Shown in pieces: positions 18,499 through 29,399 of a DNA stretch of 64,000 nt. A program made the position numbers and the translations under genes. Each line of letters starts with the position of its first letter. Within the stretch, counting starts at the first letter, position 1. This DNA is from an uncultured Actinomycetota bacterium (GTDB taxonomy: Bacteria > Actinomycetota > Actinomycetes > Actinomycetales > Dermatophilaceae): positions 255,049 to 319,048 of the forward strand of contig CAWCJA010000010.1 of NCBI GenBank assembly GCA_963795915.1, written 5' to 3'. Under the pieces are notes generated by a model, which made no database searches, had not been told where the DNA came from, and saw nothing but the letters and a program-made list of their open reading frames with translations.

Positions 18499-19604
18499 CG
18501 GTCCTCCGTGGGTCCCGGGCGTCGGGTCTCTCCGCCGTCACGGTCGTCGCCGCCGTCGTCTCCGTCGTCTCCGTCGTCTCCGTCGTCTCCGTCGTCACGG
18601 GCGTCGCGCTGCTCGCCGGGTCCGTCGGGCTCGTCGTCGCGCTGCTCGGCGAGGACGGCGAGCACCGACTCGGCCTCCGCCGCACGCAGCCGGCCGCGCT
18701 GGCGGGCCAGCTCGACCGAGGCTCGCGACAGGGCGCGGTAGGTGGAGCGGATCTGGGGCTCCGTGGCGAGCTCGGCCAGGTGCTCGGCCACCGTGCCCGC
18801 GTCCCCCGCGACGGCCGGGCCGGTGAGCGCCTGGTCGCCGTCGCGCAGCGCGTTCTCGAGGGCCGACGCCAGCAGCGGCGCGAGGATCCGGCCCGGCTGC
18901 TCGACCCCGGCGTCCTCCAGCAGCCGGGTCGCCTGCGCGACGACGGTGGCGAGGTGGGTCGCACCGAGGGTGAGGGCCGCGTGGTAGAGCGGGCGGTCCT
19001 CCTCCTCGACGAGGAACGGGTCGCCGCCCATCTCGAGGACGAGCGCCTCGCCGAGGGGCTGCAGCTCCTTGAGCGTCGTCACCGCGAAGCAGGCGTCGCT
19101 CAGCCGGTCGAGGTCGACGGCGGTGCCGGTGAACGACATTGCCGGGTGCAGGCCGAGCGGGAGGGCGCCGGCACGGGCGGCGGCCTCCAGCACGCCGGCG
19201 CCGTAGCGCCCGCTCGTGTGCACGAGCACCTGGCCGGGCCGGAAGGCGCCGAGGGTGGCCAGGCCGCTCGCCAGCCCGGGCAGCGCATCGTCGGGGACCG
19301 CGATCAGGACGAGGTCGGCCGCGGCGACGACATCGGGCACGTCGCGCACGGGCACTCCCGGCAGCAGGCGCTCAGCGCGCTCGAGCGACGCCTCGCTCAC
19401 GGCCGCCACGGCCACGACCCGGTGGCCCGCGCGGTGCAGGGCCGCGCCGAGCACCGCGCCCACCCGGCCGGCGCCGACCACGCCGACCCGGAACCGCGCC
19501 GGCCGCTCCGAACCTGCGGAACCGCCGGAACCGCCGGACCTGCCCGAACCGCCCGGGTCCCGCGGGCCGCTGGGGCCGCCCTGGCCTCCGGTCGTGTCGC
19601 TCAC
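18495..19604 (-). CDS. Rossmann-fold/DUF2520 oxidoreductase (PanG-like ketopantoate reductase family)
   Basis: VGAGRVG, AVPDD, HTSG, LHPAMSFTG, YHAAL, LTGP...GDAGTV; start estimated. Confidence 0.85.
   Translation of the reverse strand: MSDTTGGQGGPSGPRDPGGSGRSGGSGGSAGSERPARFRVGVVGAGRVGAVLGAALHRAGHRVVAVAAVSEASLERAERLLPGVPVRDVPDVVAAADLVLIAVPDDALPGLASGLATLGAFRPGQVLVHTSGRYGAGVLEAAARAGALPLGLHPAMSFTGTAVDLDRLSDACFAVTTLKELQPLGEALVLEMGGDPFLVEEEDRPLYHAALTLGATHLATVVAQATRLLEDAGVEQPGRILAPLLASALENALRDGDQALTGPAVAGDAGTVAEHLAELATEPQIRSTYRALSRASVELARQRGRLRAAEAESVLAVLAEQRDDEPDGPGEQRDARDDGDDGDDGDDGDDGGDDRDGGETRRPGPTEDR
18553..18596. repeat. 9-bp tandem repeat encoding (DDG)n in the DUF2520 C-tail
   Basis: CCGTCGTCT about 5 copies. 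Confidence 0.85.
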
Positions 19605-19678
19605 AGCGCGAGACGCTACCCCGCCGGTCCGACGGACGGCTCCAGTGCCGCGGCACCACCGCCGGGCAGGATGGTCCG

Positions 19679-20662
19679 ATGCGCGCACCGGTGTCCTGGC
19701 GTCAGGCCTGGCACGAGGCGCTGTACGGCCCGGACGGGTTCTACCGCAGCGCCTCCGGCCCGGCGGGACACTTCGCGACGGCGACGCACGGGGCCACGGG
19801 CGCGGAGCTCGCGCGGGCCCTGTGGACGTGGGCCGACCGGCTGGGGGCCGAGGGCATCGTCGACCTCGGAGCCGGGCGAGGCGAGCTGCTGCGCCACCTG
19901 TATGCCGCCGCGCCGCGCCGCCCGCTCGCCGGCCTCGACGTCGTCCCCCGCCCGCCCGACCTTCCGGCGGAGGTCACGTGGACCGTGTCCCCCGGCGGGG
20001 CGTTGCTCCCCGACGAGCCCTTCCCCGCCGGCCACCTGGTGGTCGCCCACGAGTGGCTCGACGTCGTCCCGTGCGTCGTGGGTGAGGTCGGCGTCGACGG
20101 GGTCCTGCGCGAGGTACTCGTCGACCCGTCGAGCGGTCACGAGTGGGCCGGCGACCCGCTGGATGACGCGGATCTGCTGTGGTGCCAACGGTACTGGCCG
20201 TCGGTGCTCCAGTCCGACGCGTTGCCGGGCGCCCGGGTCGAGGTCGGCCGGTCCCGCGACGACGCGTGGGTGGCCCTGCTCGACCGGCTCGTCGGGGGCG
20301 CCGCGCTGGCCGTCGACTACGGGCATACGGCGGGCGAGCGCCCCGCGAGCGGCAGCCTCACGGCATACCGGTCGGGCCGGGAGGTCGACCCCGTGCCGGA
20401 CGGCACCTGCGACCTCACCGCCCACGTCGCGGTCGACGCGCTGCGCCAGACCTCGCGGCGGCGGCAGCGTGACGCCGTGGCCGCCCCGACCCCGCCCGAC
20501 CACGGGCTGGCCCGCAGCGACCCCGCCGGCTACCTGGCCGCCCTGGCCCGGGCGAGCGAGGCCGCGGCGCTCCGCCGGAACGGGGGGTTCGGCGACTTCT
20601 GGTGGGTGCTCTGGGACGCCCGCGACGAGGCTCAGACCGGGGCGACACGCAGCGACTCGTAG
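19679..20662 (+). CDS. SAM-dependent methyltransferase, MidA/NDUFAF7-like
   Basis: WRQAWHEALYGPDGFY, HFATA, VDLGAGRGELL, AHEWLDVVP, AVDYGH, CDLTAHV. Confidence 0.8.
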   Translation: MRAPVSWRQAWHEALYGPDGFYRSASGPAGHFATATHGATGAELARALWTWADRLGAEGIVDLGAGRGELLRHLYAAAPRRPLAGLDVVPRPPDLPAEVTWTVSPGGALLPDEPFPAGHLVVAHEWLDVVPCVVGEVGVDGVLREVLVDPSSGHEWAGDPLDDADLLWCQRYWPSVLQSDALPGARVEVGRSRDDAWVALLDRLVGGAALAVDYGHTAGERPASGSLTAYRSGREVDPVPDGTCDLTAHVAVDALRQTSRRRQRDAVAAPTPPDHGLARSDPAGYLAALARASEAAALRRNGGFGDFWWVLWDARDEAQTGATRSDS

Positions 20663-21825
20663 CCGCGCAGGACGAAGGTGGGCCGCCGCACGGCCTCGAC
20701 GACCTCGAGCATGGTGAACCGCTGCAGCAGCGCGGCGATGCTCGTCTCGAGCTCGAGGCGGGCCAGCGGCGCGCCGATGCAGAAGTGGATGCCGGCCCCG
20801 AACGCGAGGTGGGCGTTGGGCTCGCGGTCGGGCCGGAACGCGTCGGGCTCGTCGAAGACGGCCGGGTCGCGGTTCGCGGCGCCGAGCAGGGCGGCCACCT
20901 TCTGCCCGGCCCGCACGGTGACCTCCCCGACCATGACGTCGCGGGTGGCGGTGCGCTCGAACAGCTGCAGGGGGGAGTCGTGCCGCAGCATCTCCTCGAC
21001 GAGCGACTCGGGATGGTGCGGGTGACCGCCCGACCCGATGATCGACGCCAGCCCGTTGCCGAAGCCGTTGACGCTGGCCTCGTGCCCCGCGTTGAGCAGG
21101 AGCACCGCGGTGGCCACCAGCTCACGGGTGGACAGCCGGTCGCCGCCCTCACGCACGGCGACGAGGTCGGAGAGCAGGTCGTCACCGGGAGCCGAGACCC
21201 GTTGCGCCGCAATAGCTTCGACGTATGCCGCGAACTCGCCCGCCGCCGCCACGGCCTCGCTCTCCTGGGCGGGCGTGCGGTTGACCTCGTACATCTTGAC
21301 GATGGCCTGTGACCAGGGACGCAGGAGGGGCCGGTCGGCCTCGGGCCAGCCGAGCAGCTCGGCGATGACCAGCACCGGCAGTGGCTCGGCCAGGTGGGCG
21401 ATGGCGTCGAAGGAGCCGGTATCGGCGAGCTCGGCCTCGCAGCCGTCGAGGAGGCCAGCCGTGAGGTCGGCGATGCGGGGGGCCAGCCGGGCGACGTGAC
21501 CCCGACTGAAGGCGCTCTGCACGAGCCGGCGCAGCCGGGTGTGCTTCGGTGGCTCGCTGTCGAGGATCGAGTCGGCGTGCAGCCAGTTGAACGTCTCCCA
21601 CACCGCGTCGGGCTCGCGGGGTCGGAACACCCGACCCAGCCCGCGGTCGCGGAGCACGCGGTTGCACTCGGCGTACCCGGTGGCCACCCAGAGGCCGAGC
21701 CCGCTGTGCCAGGCCACGGGAGCGGCGGCACGCAGGGCGGCGAAGGCGGGGTAGGGGTCCGCGACGACGTCCGGGTCGCCGAGGTCGAGCAGCTCCGCGG
21801 CGTCCAGCGACTCGAGGTGGGCCAT
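20632..21825 (-). CDS. Cytochrome P450
   Basis: [12 protein letters not shown]-helix [13 protein letters not shown], heme motif [10 protein letters not shown]. Confidence 0.95.
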   Translation of the reverse strand: MAHLESLDAAELLDLGDPDVVADPYPAFAALRAAAPVAWHSGLGLWVATGYAECNRVLRDRGLGRVFRPREPDAVWETFNWLHADSILDSEPPKHTRLRRLVQSAFSRGHVARLAPRIADLTAGLLDGCEAELADTGSFDAIAHLAEPLPVLVIAELLGWPEADRPLLRPWSQAIVKMYEVNRTPAQESEAVAAAGEFAAYVEAIAAQRVSAPGDDLLSDLVAVREGGDRLSTRELVATAVLLLNAGHEASVNGFGNGLASIIGSGGHPHHPESLVEEMLRHDSPLQLFERTATRDVMVGEVTVRAGQKVAALLGAANRDPAVFDEPDAFRPDREPNAHLAFGAGIHFCIGAPLARLELETSIAALLQRFTMLEVVEAVRRPTFVLRGYESLRVAPV

Positions 21826-21870
21826 GGCGAGAGGGTAGGCGCCCGCACGGCATACGGCAGACTGGCGCGC

Positions 21871-23061
21871 ATGACCCCGTCGTCCGCCGAGCCCCACGCC
21901 GGGGCCGGTCGCGAGCTGACGGTCGGGGTCGGCGCCGGCGGGCTCGCGACCTCCGACATGGTCCTCAACATCGGCCCGCAGCACCCGGCGACCCACGGCG
22001 TCCTGCGGCTGCGGATCGTCCTCGACGGCGAGCAGATCGTGCGGGCGGAGCCGATCGTCGGCTACATGCACCGCGGCGCCGAGAAGCTCTTCGAGGTGCG
22101 CGACTACCGCCAGATCATCGTGCTGGCCAACCGGCACGACTGGCTGTCGGCGTTCTCCAACGAGCTCGGCGTCGTGCTCGGGGTCGAGCAGATGCTCGGC
22201 ATGGAGGTGCCCGTGCGCGCGGTCTGGGTGCGCACGCTGCTGGCCGAGCTCAACCGGGTGCTCAACCACCTCATGTTCCTCGGCTCCTACCCGCTCGAGC
22301 TCGGCGCCATCACCCCCGTCTTCTACTCGTTCCGCGAGCGCGAGGAGCTGCAGGCAGTCATGGAGGAGGCGTCCGGCGGCCGGATGCACTACATGTTCAA
22401 CCGGGTCGGCGGCCTCAAGGAGGACCTCCCCGCGGGTTGGCTCGACCGCGTCGCGCATGCCGTGCGCGAGGTGCGGCGCCGCCTGCCGGATCTGCGGAAC
22501 ATGCTGGTGGGCAACGAGATCCTCCTCGCCCGCACCCGCGGCGTCGGCGTCCTCCCGCCCGACCGCGTGCTCGCCTACGGGGTCTCCGGACCCATCGCCC
22601 GGGCCAGCGGCGTCGACGTCGACCTGCGCCGCGACGCGCCGTACCTCGCGTACGGCGAGCTGTTCGCCGAGGGCGGTCCGGGCCGGGTCGTCACCCGCAC
22701 CGCCGGGGACTGCGAGGCCCGGCTGTCGGTGCTGCTGGAGCAGACCGACGTCAGCCTCGACCTCGCCGACGCCTGCCTCGACCGGCTACGCAGCCTCCCC
22801 CAGGGGCCGGTCAACGTCCGATTGCCCAAGGTGCTGCGGGTGCCCGAGGGCCACCTCTACACCGCCACCGAGAACCCCCTCGGCTTCAACGGCTACTACC
22901 TCGTCTCGCGCGGCGACAAGACGCCGTGGCGCCTCAAGCTGCGGTCCGCGTCCTTCAACAACGTCGCCGTGCTCGCCGAGATGCTGCCCGGCCACGTCGT
23001 CGCCGACATGACGGCCATCCTCGGCTCGATGTTCTTCGTGGTCGGGGACATCGACAAGTGA
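21871..23061 (+). CDS. nuoD: Stand-alone NADH-quinone oxidoreductase subunit D-like protein
   Basis: [49 protein letters not shown]. Confidence 0.92.
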   Translation: MTPSSAEPHAGAGRELTVGVGAGGLATSDMVLNIGPQHPATHGVLRLRIVLDGEQIVRAEPIVGYMHRGAEKLFEVRDYRQIIVLANRHDWLSAFSNELGVVLGVEQMLGMEVPVRAVWVRTLLAELNRVLNHLMFLGSYPLELGAITPVFYSFREREELQAVMEEASGGRMHYMFNRVGGLKEDLPAGWLDRVAHAVREVRRRLPDLRNMLVGNEILLARTRGVGVLPPDRVLAYGVSGPIARASGVDVDLRRDAPYLAYGELFAEGGPGRVVTRTAGDCEARLSVLLEQTDVSLDLADACLDRLRSLPQGPVNVRLPKVLRVPEGHLYTATENPLGFNGYYLVSRGDKTPWRLKLRSASFNNVAVLAEMLPGHVVADMTAILGSMFFVVGDIDK

Positions 23062-23654
23062 GCCGGCGGCTCGGGGTACGCGCCCGCCGGCTCCCTCCGG
23101 CTGCGCTGGCCGTGGTGGCTGTGGTGGCGCTCGCCGGCTGCGCCGACCGCGAGCCCACCGCCCCGGCCCCGCCCGCGCCGGCGTCCACCTCAGCGGCCTC
23201 AGCGGCCTCAGCGAGCCCGACGGCCTCGGGGAAGGCCTCCACGGGCGCGGCCGGGAAGCCCGGTGCCTCGTCGAGCACGACGACGGCCCTGCCCGGTATG
23301 CCGGTGCCCTCCTCGGTGGGGGCGTCGGCCGTCGACAGCACCCGGCTGCGCTCGACCGACGACCTGGCGTCGGCATTCGGGTGTGCGACCGCGGTGCCGC
23401 CGATCCGGCTCACGGCGACGCCCGCCCCCACCGGGGCCACGGCTCCCCCCGCGCCGGACGCCGTGGTCTGTGCCAGCTCGCTGGCCGACGGCGAGGCGCT
23501 GTTCCTCTGGTACACCCCGACGCCCGAGGCCAAGCTCGGCGCGCTGACCGCGGCGCTCGACCGCGCCCGCTACGTGCACGGCGGGCCCAACTGGGTGGCT
23601 GCCGGCACGATCAACCCGCAGATGGGCCGGGTCGGCGGCGAGGTCTACCGGTAG
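23058..23654 (+). CDS. Putative lipoprotein
   Basis: Basic N-terminus, hydrophobic stretch, lipobox LAGC, Ala/Ser/Pro linker; GTGA overlap with the nuoD stop. Confidence 0.7.
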   Translation: MSRRLGVRARRLPPAALAVVAVVALAGCADREPTAPAPPAPASTSAASAASASPTASGKASTGAAGKPGASSSTTTALPGMPVPSSVGASAVDSTRLRSTDDLASAFGCATAVPPIRLTATPAPTGATAPPAPDAVVCASSLADGEALFLWYTPTPEAKLGALTAALDRARYVHGGPNWVAAGTINPQMGRVGGEVYR

Positions 23655-24160
23655 CGGGAGTCGTCGGAGCCGAAGCGGGGGTCGCTGGGGTCCCTCGGGT
23701 CACGGTCCCGCTCGTCGTCGAGGCGGCACCACCGCTGCACCAGCAGCCCGACCGCCGCGAGCGCCGCGGCCACCAGGGCGAGCAGGCCCAGCACGAGGAG
23801 GCGCTGGCGCTGGGACGAGACGTCGGAGTCGGGGAGCACGAGGGCGAGCTGCGCGGCATACCAGCCGGCGATCGCCGCACCACCGAGCGCCGCGGCCTGG
23901 GCCATGGCGAGCACCCGCGCCGCGTAGAGGGGGTGGACCGGCCGCGTCGCGGTGCCGGCCACGAGCCGCTTGACGGGCCGCCCGGCGAGCACGAGGCCGA
24001 GGCCCAGCGCCCCGAGCAGCACGGCCGTCAGCCAGCTCTCCCCCGGCAGGTCGCGCCCGGCCACGGCGGCGAGCCGCAGCACGACCCACGAGAGGCCGGC
24101 GACGACAACCCCGACGACGACCACCAGCCGCAGCCGGATGCCCTGCGCCTCGTTCACCAC
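23645..24160 (-). CDS. DUF3180 membrane protein
   Basis: Four hydrophobic helices, AARVLAMAQAAA, C-terminal WCR; usual position after folK. Confidence 0.85.
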   Translation of the reverse strand: MVNEAQGIRLRLVVVVGVVVAGLSWVVLRLAAVAGRDLPGESWLTAVLLGALGLGLVLAGRPVKRLVAGTATRPVHPLYAARVLAMAQAAALGGAAIAGWYAAQLALVLPDSDVSSQRQRLLVLGLLALVAAALAAVGLLVQRWCRLDDERDRDPRDPSDPRFGSDDSRYR

Positions 24161-25035
24161 GCCGGGCTCCAGTCCGGGCCGGCCCGCACCCCGGAGGTGT
24201 CGACGCCCTCGATGACCTCGGCCACGGGGCGGACCTGCGCGCCCACCCGGACCCGGGCCTGCGGGTCGGCCTGCGACCAGGGCACGAGGACGAACCCCCG
24301 CTCGGCGGCGCGAGGGTGGGGCAGGGCCAGGTCGGGCGTGTCGCTGCGCACCTCGGAGGCGGTGCCGGGCACGCCGGCCTGCACGAGGTCGAGGTCGAGC
24401 GTGCGGGCCCCCCAGCGCACCTCGCGGGTGCGGCCGTGGGCATGTTCGACGGCGTGCAGCCGCACCAGCAGCTCGGCCGCGGTGAGGGTGGTCTCGGCCG
24501 TGAGCACGGCGTTGAGGTAGGCCGGCTGCTCCGGGCCGCCGACGGGGTCGGTCTCGACCAGCGGGGAGACGGCGAGCACCCGGAGGCCGGGCGTCGCGCC
24601 CACCTCGGCCACCGCCTGCGTGAGCGTGGCCCGGGCGTCACCGAGGTTGGCGCCGAGCGCGACGACGACGGGCCGGGTGCGATGGCGGGTGACCTCGACC
24701 CCGACGTCGGTGAAGGGCGTGCCCACCGGGGCCTGCGGCTTGTGCACGGTGACCGTGACCGCGTCGACGAGGGGGCGCTCGAGCGCGTCGGCGGCGATGA
24801 CCTCGGCCAGCCGCTCGATGAGGTCGAACGACGGACCGGTGATCCGGGTGACGACGTCGGCGGCGACGTCGGCGTAGGAGACCGTGTCGTCGAGCGCGTC
24901 GGAGCCGCCGGCCCGGGAGAGGTCGAGCTCGAGCACGACGTCGACGACGAAGGGCTGCCCGTCACGCTTCTCGAAGGCGAGGACGCCGTGCTGGCCGACC
25001 GCTTCGACGCCGCGCAGGTGGATCCGGTCGGTCAT
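24154..25035 (-). CDS. folK: Bifunctional FolB-FolK (dihydroneopterin aldolase / HPPK)
   Basis: FolB half ([34 protein letters not shown]) in frame with FolK half (VALGANLGD, YLNAV, WGARTLDLD, PHPRAAERGFV). Confidence 0.92.
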   Translation of the reverse strand: MTDRIHLRGVEAVGQHGVLAFEKRDGQPFVVDVVLELDLSRAGGSDALDDTVSYADVAADVVTRITGPSFDLIERLAEVIAADALERPLVDAVTVTVHKPQAPVGTPFTDVGVEVTRHRTRPVVVALGANLGDARATLTQAVAEVGATPGLRVLAVSPLVETDPVGGPEQPAYLNAVLTAETTLTAAELLVRLHAVEHAHGRTREVRWGARTLDLDLVQAGVPGTASEVRSDTPDLALPHPRAAERGFVLVPWSQADPQARVRVGAQVRPVAEVIEGVDTSGVRAGPDWSPAW

Positions 25036-25877
25036 CGGTGGGCCTCCAGCTCGTGGACCACGGCGAACGCGTCGCGGGTGCCGGCGACGTCGTGCACGCG
25101 GACCCCCCAGACGCCCGCCTGGGCGCACAGGACGCTCGTCGCCGCGGTGGCGACGTCGCGCTCCGCGGGCGGCCGGGGCGGGTCACCCGGGGCGACGCCG
25201 AGCCGGCCGAGGAACGCCTTGCGCGAGGTGCCGACGAGCACGGGGTGGCCGAGTGCCGCCAGCGCGTCGAGGTGGGCCAGGAGCGTCCAGTTCTGCTCGG
25301 CGTTCTTGGCGAAGCCCAGCCCCGGGTCGAGGACGAGATGCTCCGGGGAGACCCCGGCCGAGACGATGGCGCTCCGCCGGCGGGCCAGCTCGTGCGTGAC
25401 GTCGGCGACGACGTCGTCGTAGACCGCGCGCGACTGCATGTCGACGCTGTGGCCCCGCCAGTGCATGGCGACGTAGGGGCAGCCGGCGTCGGCGACGACG
25501 GTGAGCATGTCCGGGTCGGCGAGCCCGCCGCTGACGTCGTTGACGAGCGTGGCCCCCGCGCGCAGGGCCTGGCGGGCGACGACGGCACGCATCGTGTCGA
25601 CGGAGACGACAGCCCCCTCGTCGGCGAGGGCCTCGACGACCGGCAGCACCCGGCGCAGCTCCTCCTCCACGGAGGGCCGCTCGGCGCCGGGCCGGGTGGA
25701 CTCCCCGCCGACGTCGACGATGTCGGCGCCCTGGGCGATGAGGAGGCGGCCGTGCTGGACGGCGTCGTCGGGCGCGAACCACGCCCCGCCGTCGCTGAAG
25801 GAGTCGGGCGTGACGTTGACGACGCCCATCACCACCGGGCGTCCGACGGGATGCGGGAGGCCGGCGGGAGCGGTCAC
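25032..25877 (-). CDS. folP: Dihydropteroate synthase
   Basis: [46 protein letters not shown]. Confidence 0.96.
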   Translation of the reverse strand: MTAPAGLPHPVGRPVVMGVVNVTPDSFSDGGAWFAPDDAVQHGRLLIAQGADIVDVGGESTRPGAERPSVEEELRRVLPVVEALADEGAVVSVDTMRAVVARQALRAGATLVNDVSGGLADPDMLTVVADAGCPYVAMHWRGHSVDMQSRAVYDDVVADVTHELARRRSAIVSAGVSPEHLVLDPGLGFAKNAEQNWTLLAHLDALAALGHPVLVGTSRKAFLGRLGVAPGDPPRPPAERDVATAATSVLCAQAGVWGVRVHDVAGTRDAFAVVHELEAHR

Positions 25878-26482
25878 CGCTGGCCGCCGAGCAGCAGCGA
25901 CATCGCCTCGGCTCGGGTGGCGGGGTTGCGCAGCTGGCCGCGCACGGCCGACGTGATGGTGCGCGAGCCGGGCTTGCGGACCCCGCGCATCGACATGCAC
26001 AGGTGCTCGCACTCGACGACGACGAGGCAGCCCTGCACCTCGAGGTGCGTCACGAGCGCGTCGGCCACCTGGGTCGTGAGCCGCTCCTGCACCTGGGGGC
26101 GGCGCGCATACACCTCGACGAGGCGGGCGATCTTCGACAGACCGGTGACCCGGCCGTCGCGGGCGGGGATGTAGGCGACGTGGGCGACCCCGTGGAAGGG
26201 GACGAGATGGTGCTCGCAGGTGCTGTAGAGCTCGATGTCGCGCACGATGATGAGCTCGTCGTGGTCGATGGCGAACGTCGTGCCGAGGACGTCCTCGGCC
26301 CGCTGGTCGAGGCCGGCGAAGGTCTCGGCGTAGGCCCGGGCGACCCGGCCGGGGGTCTCCTTCAGCCCTTCGCGGTCGGGGTCCTCCCCGACCGCGATGA
26401 GCAGCTCACGGACCGCCGCGGCCGCCCGCTCCAGGTCGACGGACACGCCGTCAGCGTTCCTCGGACGGGTCGACGCGGCCAC
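25874..26482 (-). CDS. folE: GTP cyclohydrolase I
   Basis: [45 protein letters not shown]; start could be 26446. Confidence 0.97.
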   Translation of the reverse strand: MAASTRPRNADGVSVDLERAAAAVRELLIAVGEDPDREGLKETPGRVARAYAETFAGLDQRAEDVLGTTFAIDHDELIIVRDIELYSTCEHHLVPFHGVAHVAYIPARDGRVTGLSKIARLVEVYARRPQVQERLTTQVADALVTHLEVQGCLVVVECEHLCMSMRGVRKPGSRTITSAVRGQLRNPATRAEAMSLLLGGQR

Positions 26483-28661
26483 CCTCGGGGACCTCGATCA
26501 CCTGCGTGCGCGGCTCCTCCTCGGCGAGGGGGCTGGCCCCGGCCTGGGCGGCGTCCTCGATACGCTGGCCCATGTCGCGGTCGCCGGACGCGTCCTGCGG
26601 ACCGGCATACCCCTGGTGGCCGTTCGACCCGTTCGACCCGTGAGAGCCGTTGGACCCGTTCGAGCCGTGGCCGCCCGGGCCGTAGCCGTTGCGGTTGTAG
26701 CCGTTCGGGGTGCCGTTGCGGTTGGTGACCGACGCCTCGCGCTCGGCGGGGGTGAGCACCGGCGGCAGGTCGCTGAGCAGCCGGGACTCGCTGGAGAGCC
26801 AGGTCGGCCGCAGCGGGCGCTTGCGCACCTTCTGGAAGATCGTGGCCAGCTCGGCGGCGTTGAGCGTCTCCTTCTCGAGCAGCTCGAGGACGAGCCCGTC
26901 GAGGACGTCGCGGTTGTCGTTGATGACGTGCCACGCCTCGTCGTGCGCGTTCTCGATGAGCTTGCGCACCTCCTCGTCGACGACCCCGGCGATCTCCTCG
27001 CTGTAGTCGCGCTGGTGGCCCATGTCGCGGCCGAGGAAGACCTCGGAGTTGCTCTGGCCCAGCTTGATCGCGCCGACGCGCTCGGACATGCCGTACTCGG
27101 TGACCATCTTGCGGGCCATCGCCGTGGCCTTCTCGATGTCGTTGGCCGCCCCGGTCGTGGGGTCGTGGAAGACCATCTCCTCGGCGACACGGCCACCGAG
27201 GGCATACGCCAGCTGGTCGAGGATCTCGTTGCGGGTCGTCGAGTACTTGTCGTCCTGCGGCATGACCATCGTGTAGCCGAGGGCCCGGCCGCGGGGCAGG
27301 ATCGTCACCTTGGTGACCGGGTCGGTGTGGTTGAGCGACGCGGCGACGAGGGCGTGACCACCCTCGTGGTAGGCCGTCATCTTGCGCTCGGCCGCCGACA
27401 TGATCCGGGTGCGCTTCTGCGGGCCGGCGACAACCCGGTCGATGGCCTCGTCGAGAGTGCTGTCGTCGATGAGCTTCTTGTTGCTGCGCGCCGTGAGGAG
27501 CGCCGCCTCGTTGAGCACGTTGGCCAGGTCGGCGCCGGTGAACCCCGGGGTGCGGCGGGCGACCGTGAGCAGGTCGACCGCGGGCGCCATCGGCTTGCCG
27601 GCCGAGTGCACCTGGAGGATGCGGTGCCGGCCGATCATGTCGGGCGAGTCCACTGCGATCTGGCGGTCGAAGCGGCCGGGGCGCAGGAGCGCCGGGTCGA
27701 GGATGTCGGGCCGGTTGGTGGCCGCGATGAGGATGACGTTGGTCTTGACGTCGAAGCCGTCCATCTCGACGAGCAGCTGGTTGAGGGTCTGCTCGCGCTC
27801 GTCGTGGCCACCGCCGAGACCGGCGCCACGGTGTCGGCCGACGGCGTCGATCTCGTCGACGAAGACGATGGCGGGCGCGTTGGCCTTGGCCTGCTCGAAG
27901 AGGTCACGCACGCGGGAGGCGCCGACACCGACGAACATCTCGACGAAGTCCGAGCCGGAGATCGAGTAGAACGGCACGCCGGCCTCGCCGGCGACGGCGC
28001 GGGCCAGGAGGGTCTTGCCCGTGCCCGGCTGGCCGTAGAGCAGGACGCCCTTGGGGATCTTCGCGCCGACCGCGAGGAACTTGGCGGGCTCCTGGAGGAA
28101 CTCCTTGATCTCGTGCAGCTCCTCGACCGCCTCGTCGCACCCGGCGACGTCCGCGAAGGTCACCTTGGGGGTGTCCTTGGAGGCCAGCTTGGCGCGCGAC
28201 TTGCCGAACTGCATGACCCGCGAGCCCCCGCCCTGCATCTGGCCCATGAGGAACCAGAAGAGGCCCAGCACGATGACGATGGGGATGAGGCTGACGAGCA
28301 TCGAGCCGAGCCAGCTCGGGTCGTCGATCTGGTCGGTGTAGCCGTTCGGCGGCACGTGGGCGTCCAGGGCCGCGACGACGTTGGTGCCGCGGGCGTCGAC
28401 GTAGTACGCGTAGACCTTCGTCGCGTTCTTGACCTTGTCGCCGTCGGAGTAGGCGTCACCGGCCTTGAGGGTCAGCTCGATGCGCTCGTTGTTGAGCAGC
28501 TTCGCCGAGTCGACCTTGCCCTGGTTGACGAGCTCGAGCGCCTTGGAGGTGTCGATACGGGTGAACCCGCTGTTGTCGGACAGCGAGAGGAAGAGGATCG
28601 AGGCCCCGATGAGCACGATCACCCACACCATGGGGGTTCGTAGGATGCGCTTCACGTCCAT
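26451..28661 (-). CDS. ftsH: ATP-dependent zinc metalloprotease FtsH
   Basis: Two TM segments, [25 protein letters not shown] zinc motif. Confidence 0.98.
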   Translation of the reverse strand: MDVKRILRTPMVWVIVLIGASILFLSLSDNSGFTRIDTSKALELVNQGKVDSAKLLNNERIELTLKAGDAYSDGDKVKNATKVYAYYVDARGTNVVAALDAHVPPNGYTDQIDDPSWLGSMLVSLIPIVIVLGLFWFLMGQMQGGGSRVMQFGKSRAKLASKDTPKVTFADVAGCDEAVEELHEIKEFLQEPAKFLAVGAKIPKGVLLYGQPGTGKTLLARAVAGEAGVPFYSISGSDFVEMFVGVGASRVRDLFEQAKANAPAIVFVDEIDAVGRHRGAGLGGGHDEREQTLNQLLVEMDGFDVKTNVILIAATNRPDILDPALLRPGRFDRQIAVDSPDMIGRHRILQVHSAGKPMAPAVDLLTVARRTPGFTGADLANVLNEAALLTARSNKKLIDDSTLDEAIDRVVAGPQKRTRIMSAAERKMTAYHEGGHALVAASLNHTDPVTKVTILPRGRALGYTMVMPQDDKYSTTRNEILDQLAYALGGRVAEEMVFHDPTTGAANDIEKATAMARKMVTEYGMSERVGAIKLGQSNSEVFLGRDMGHQRDYSEEIAGVVDEEVRKLIENAHDEAWHVINDNRDVLDGLVLELLEKETLNAAELATIFQKVRKRPLRPTWLSSESRLLSDLPPVLTPAEREASVTNRNGTPNGYNRNGYGPGGHGSNGSNGSHGSNGSNGHQGYAGPQDASGDRDMGQRIEDAAQAGASPLAEEEPRTQVIEVPEGGRVDPSEER

Positions 28662-28838
28662 GTACGTCTGGGCTGTTGGCCCCGACCCTCCTGCTTCACT
28701 GAGGCGTCATTGAGTCTGTCCGGGGAGACGAGGTGGGGCCGTCGCCGGACCTGTCGCCTCTCCATTCTCGCAGGTGAACGCCCGGAGGCAGACGCGTGTT
28801 CCGTTCCGGTCCGGTCAGCGGGCCCGGGGTGCTACGCC

Positions 28839-29390
<552 letters not shown>

Positions 29391-29399
29391 GCGCGCAGG

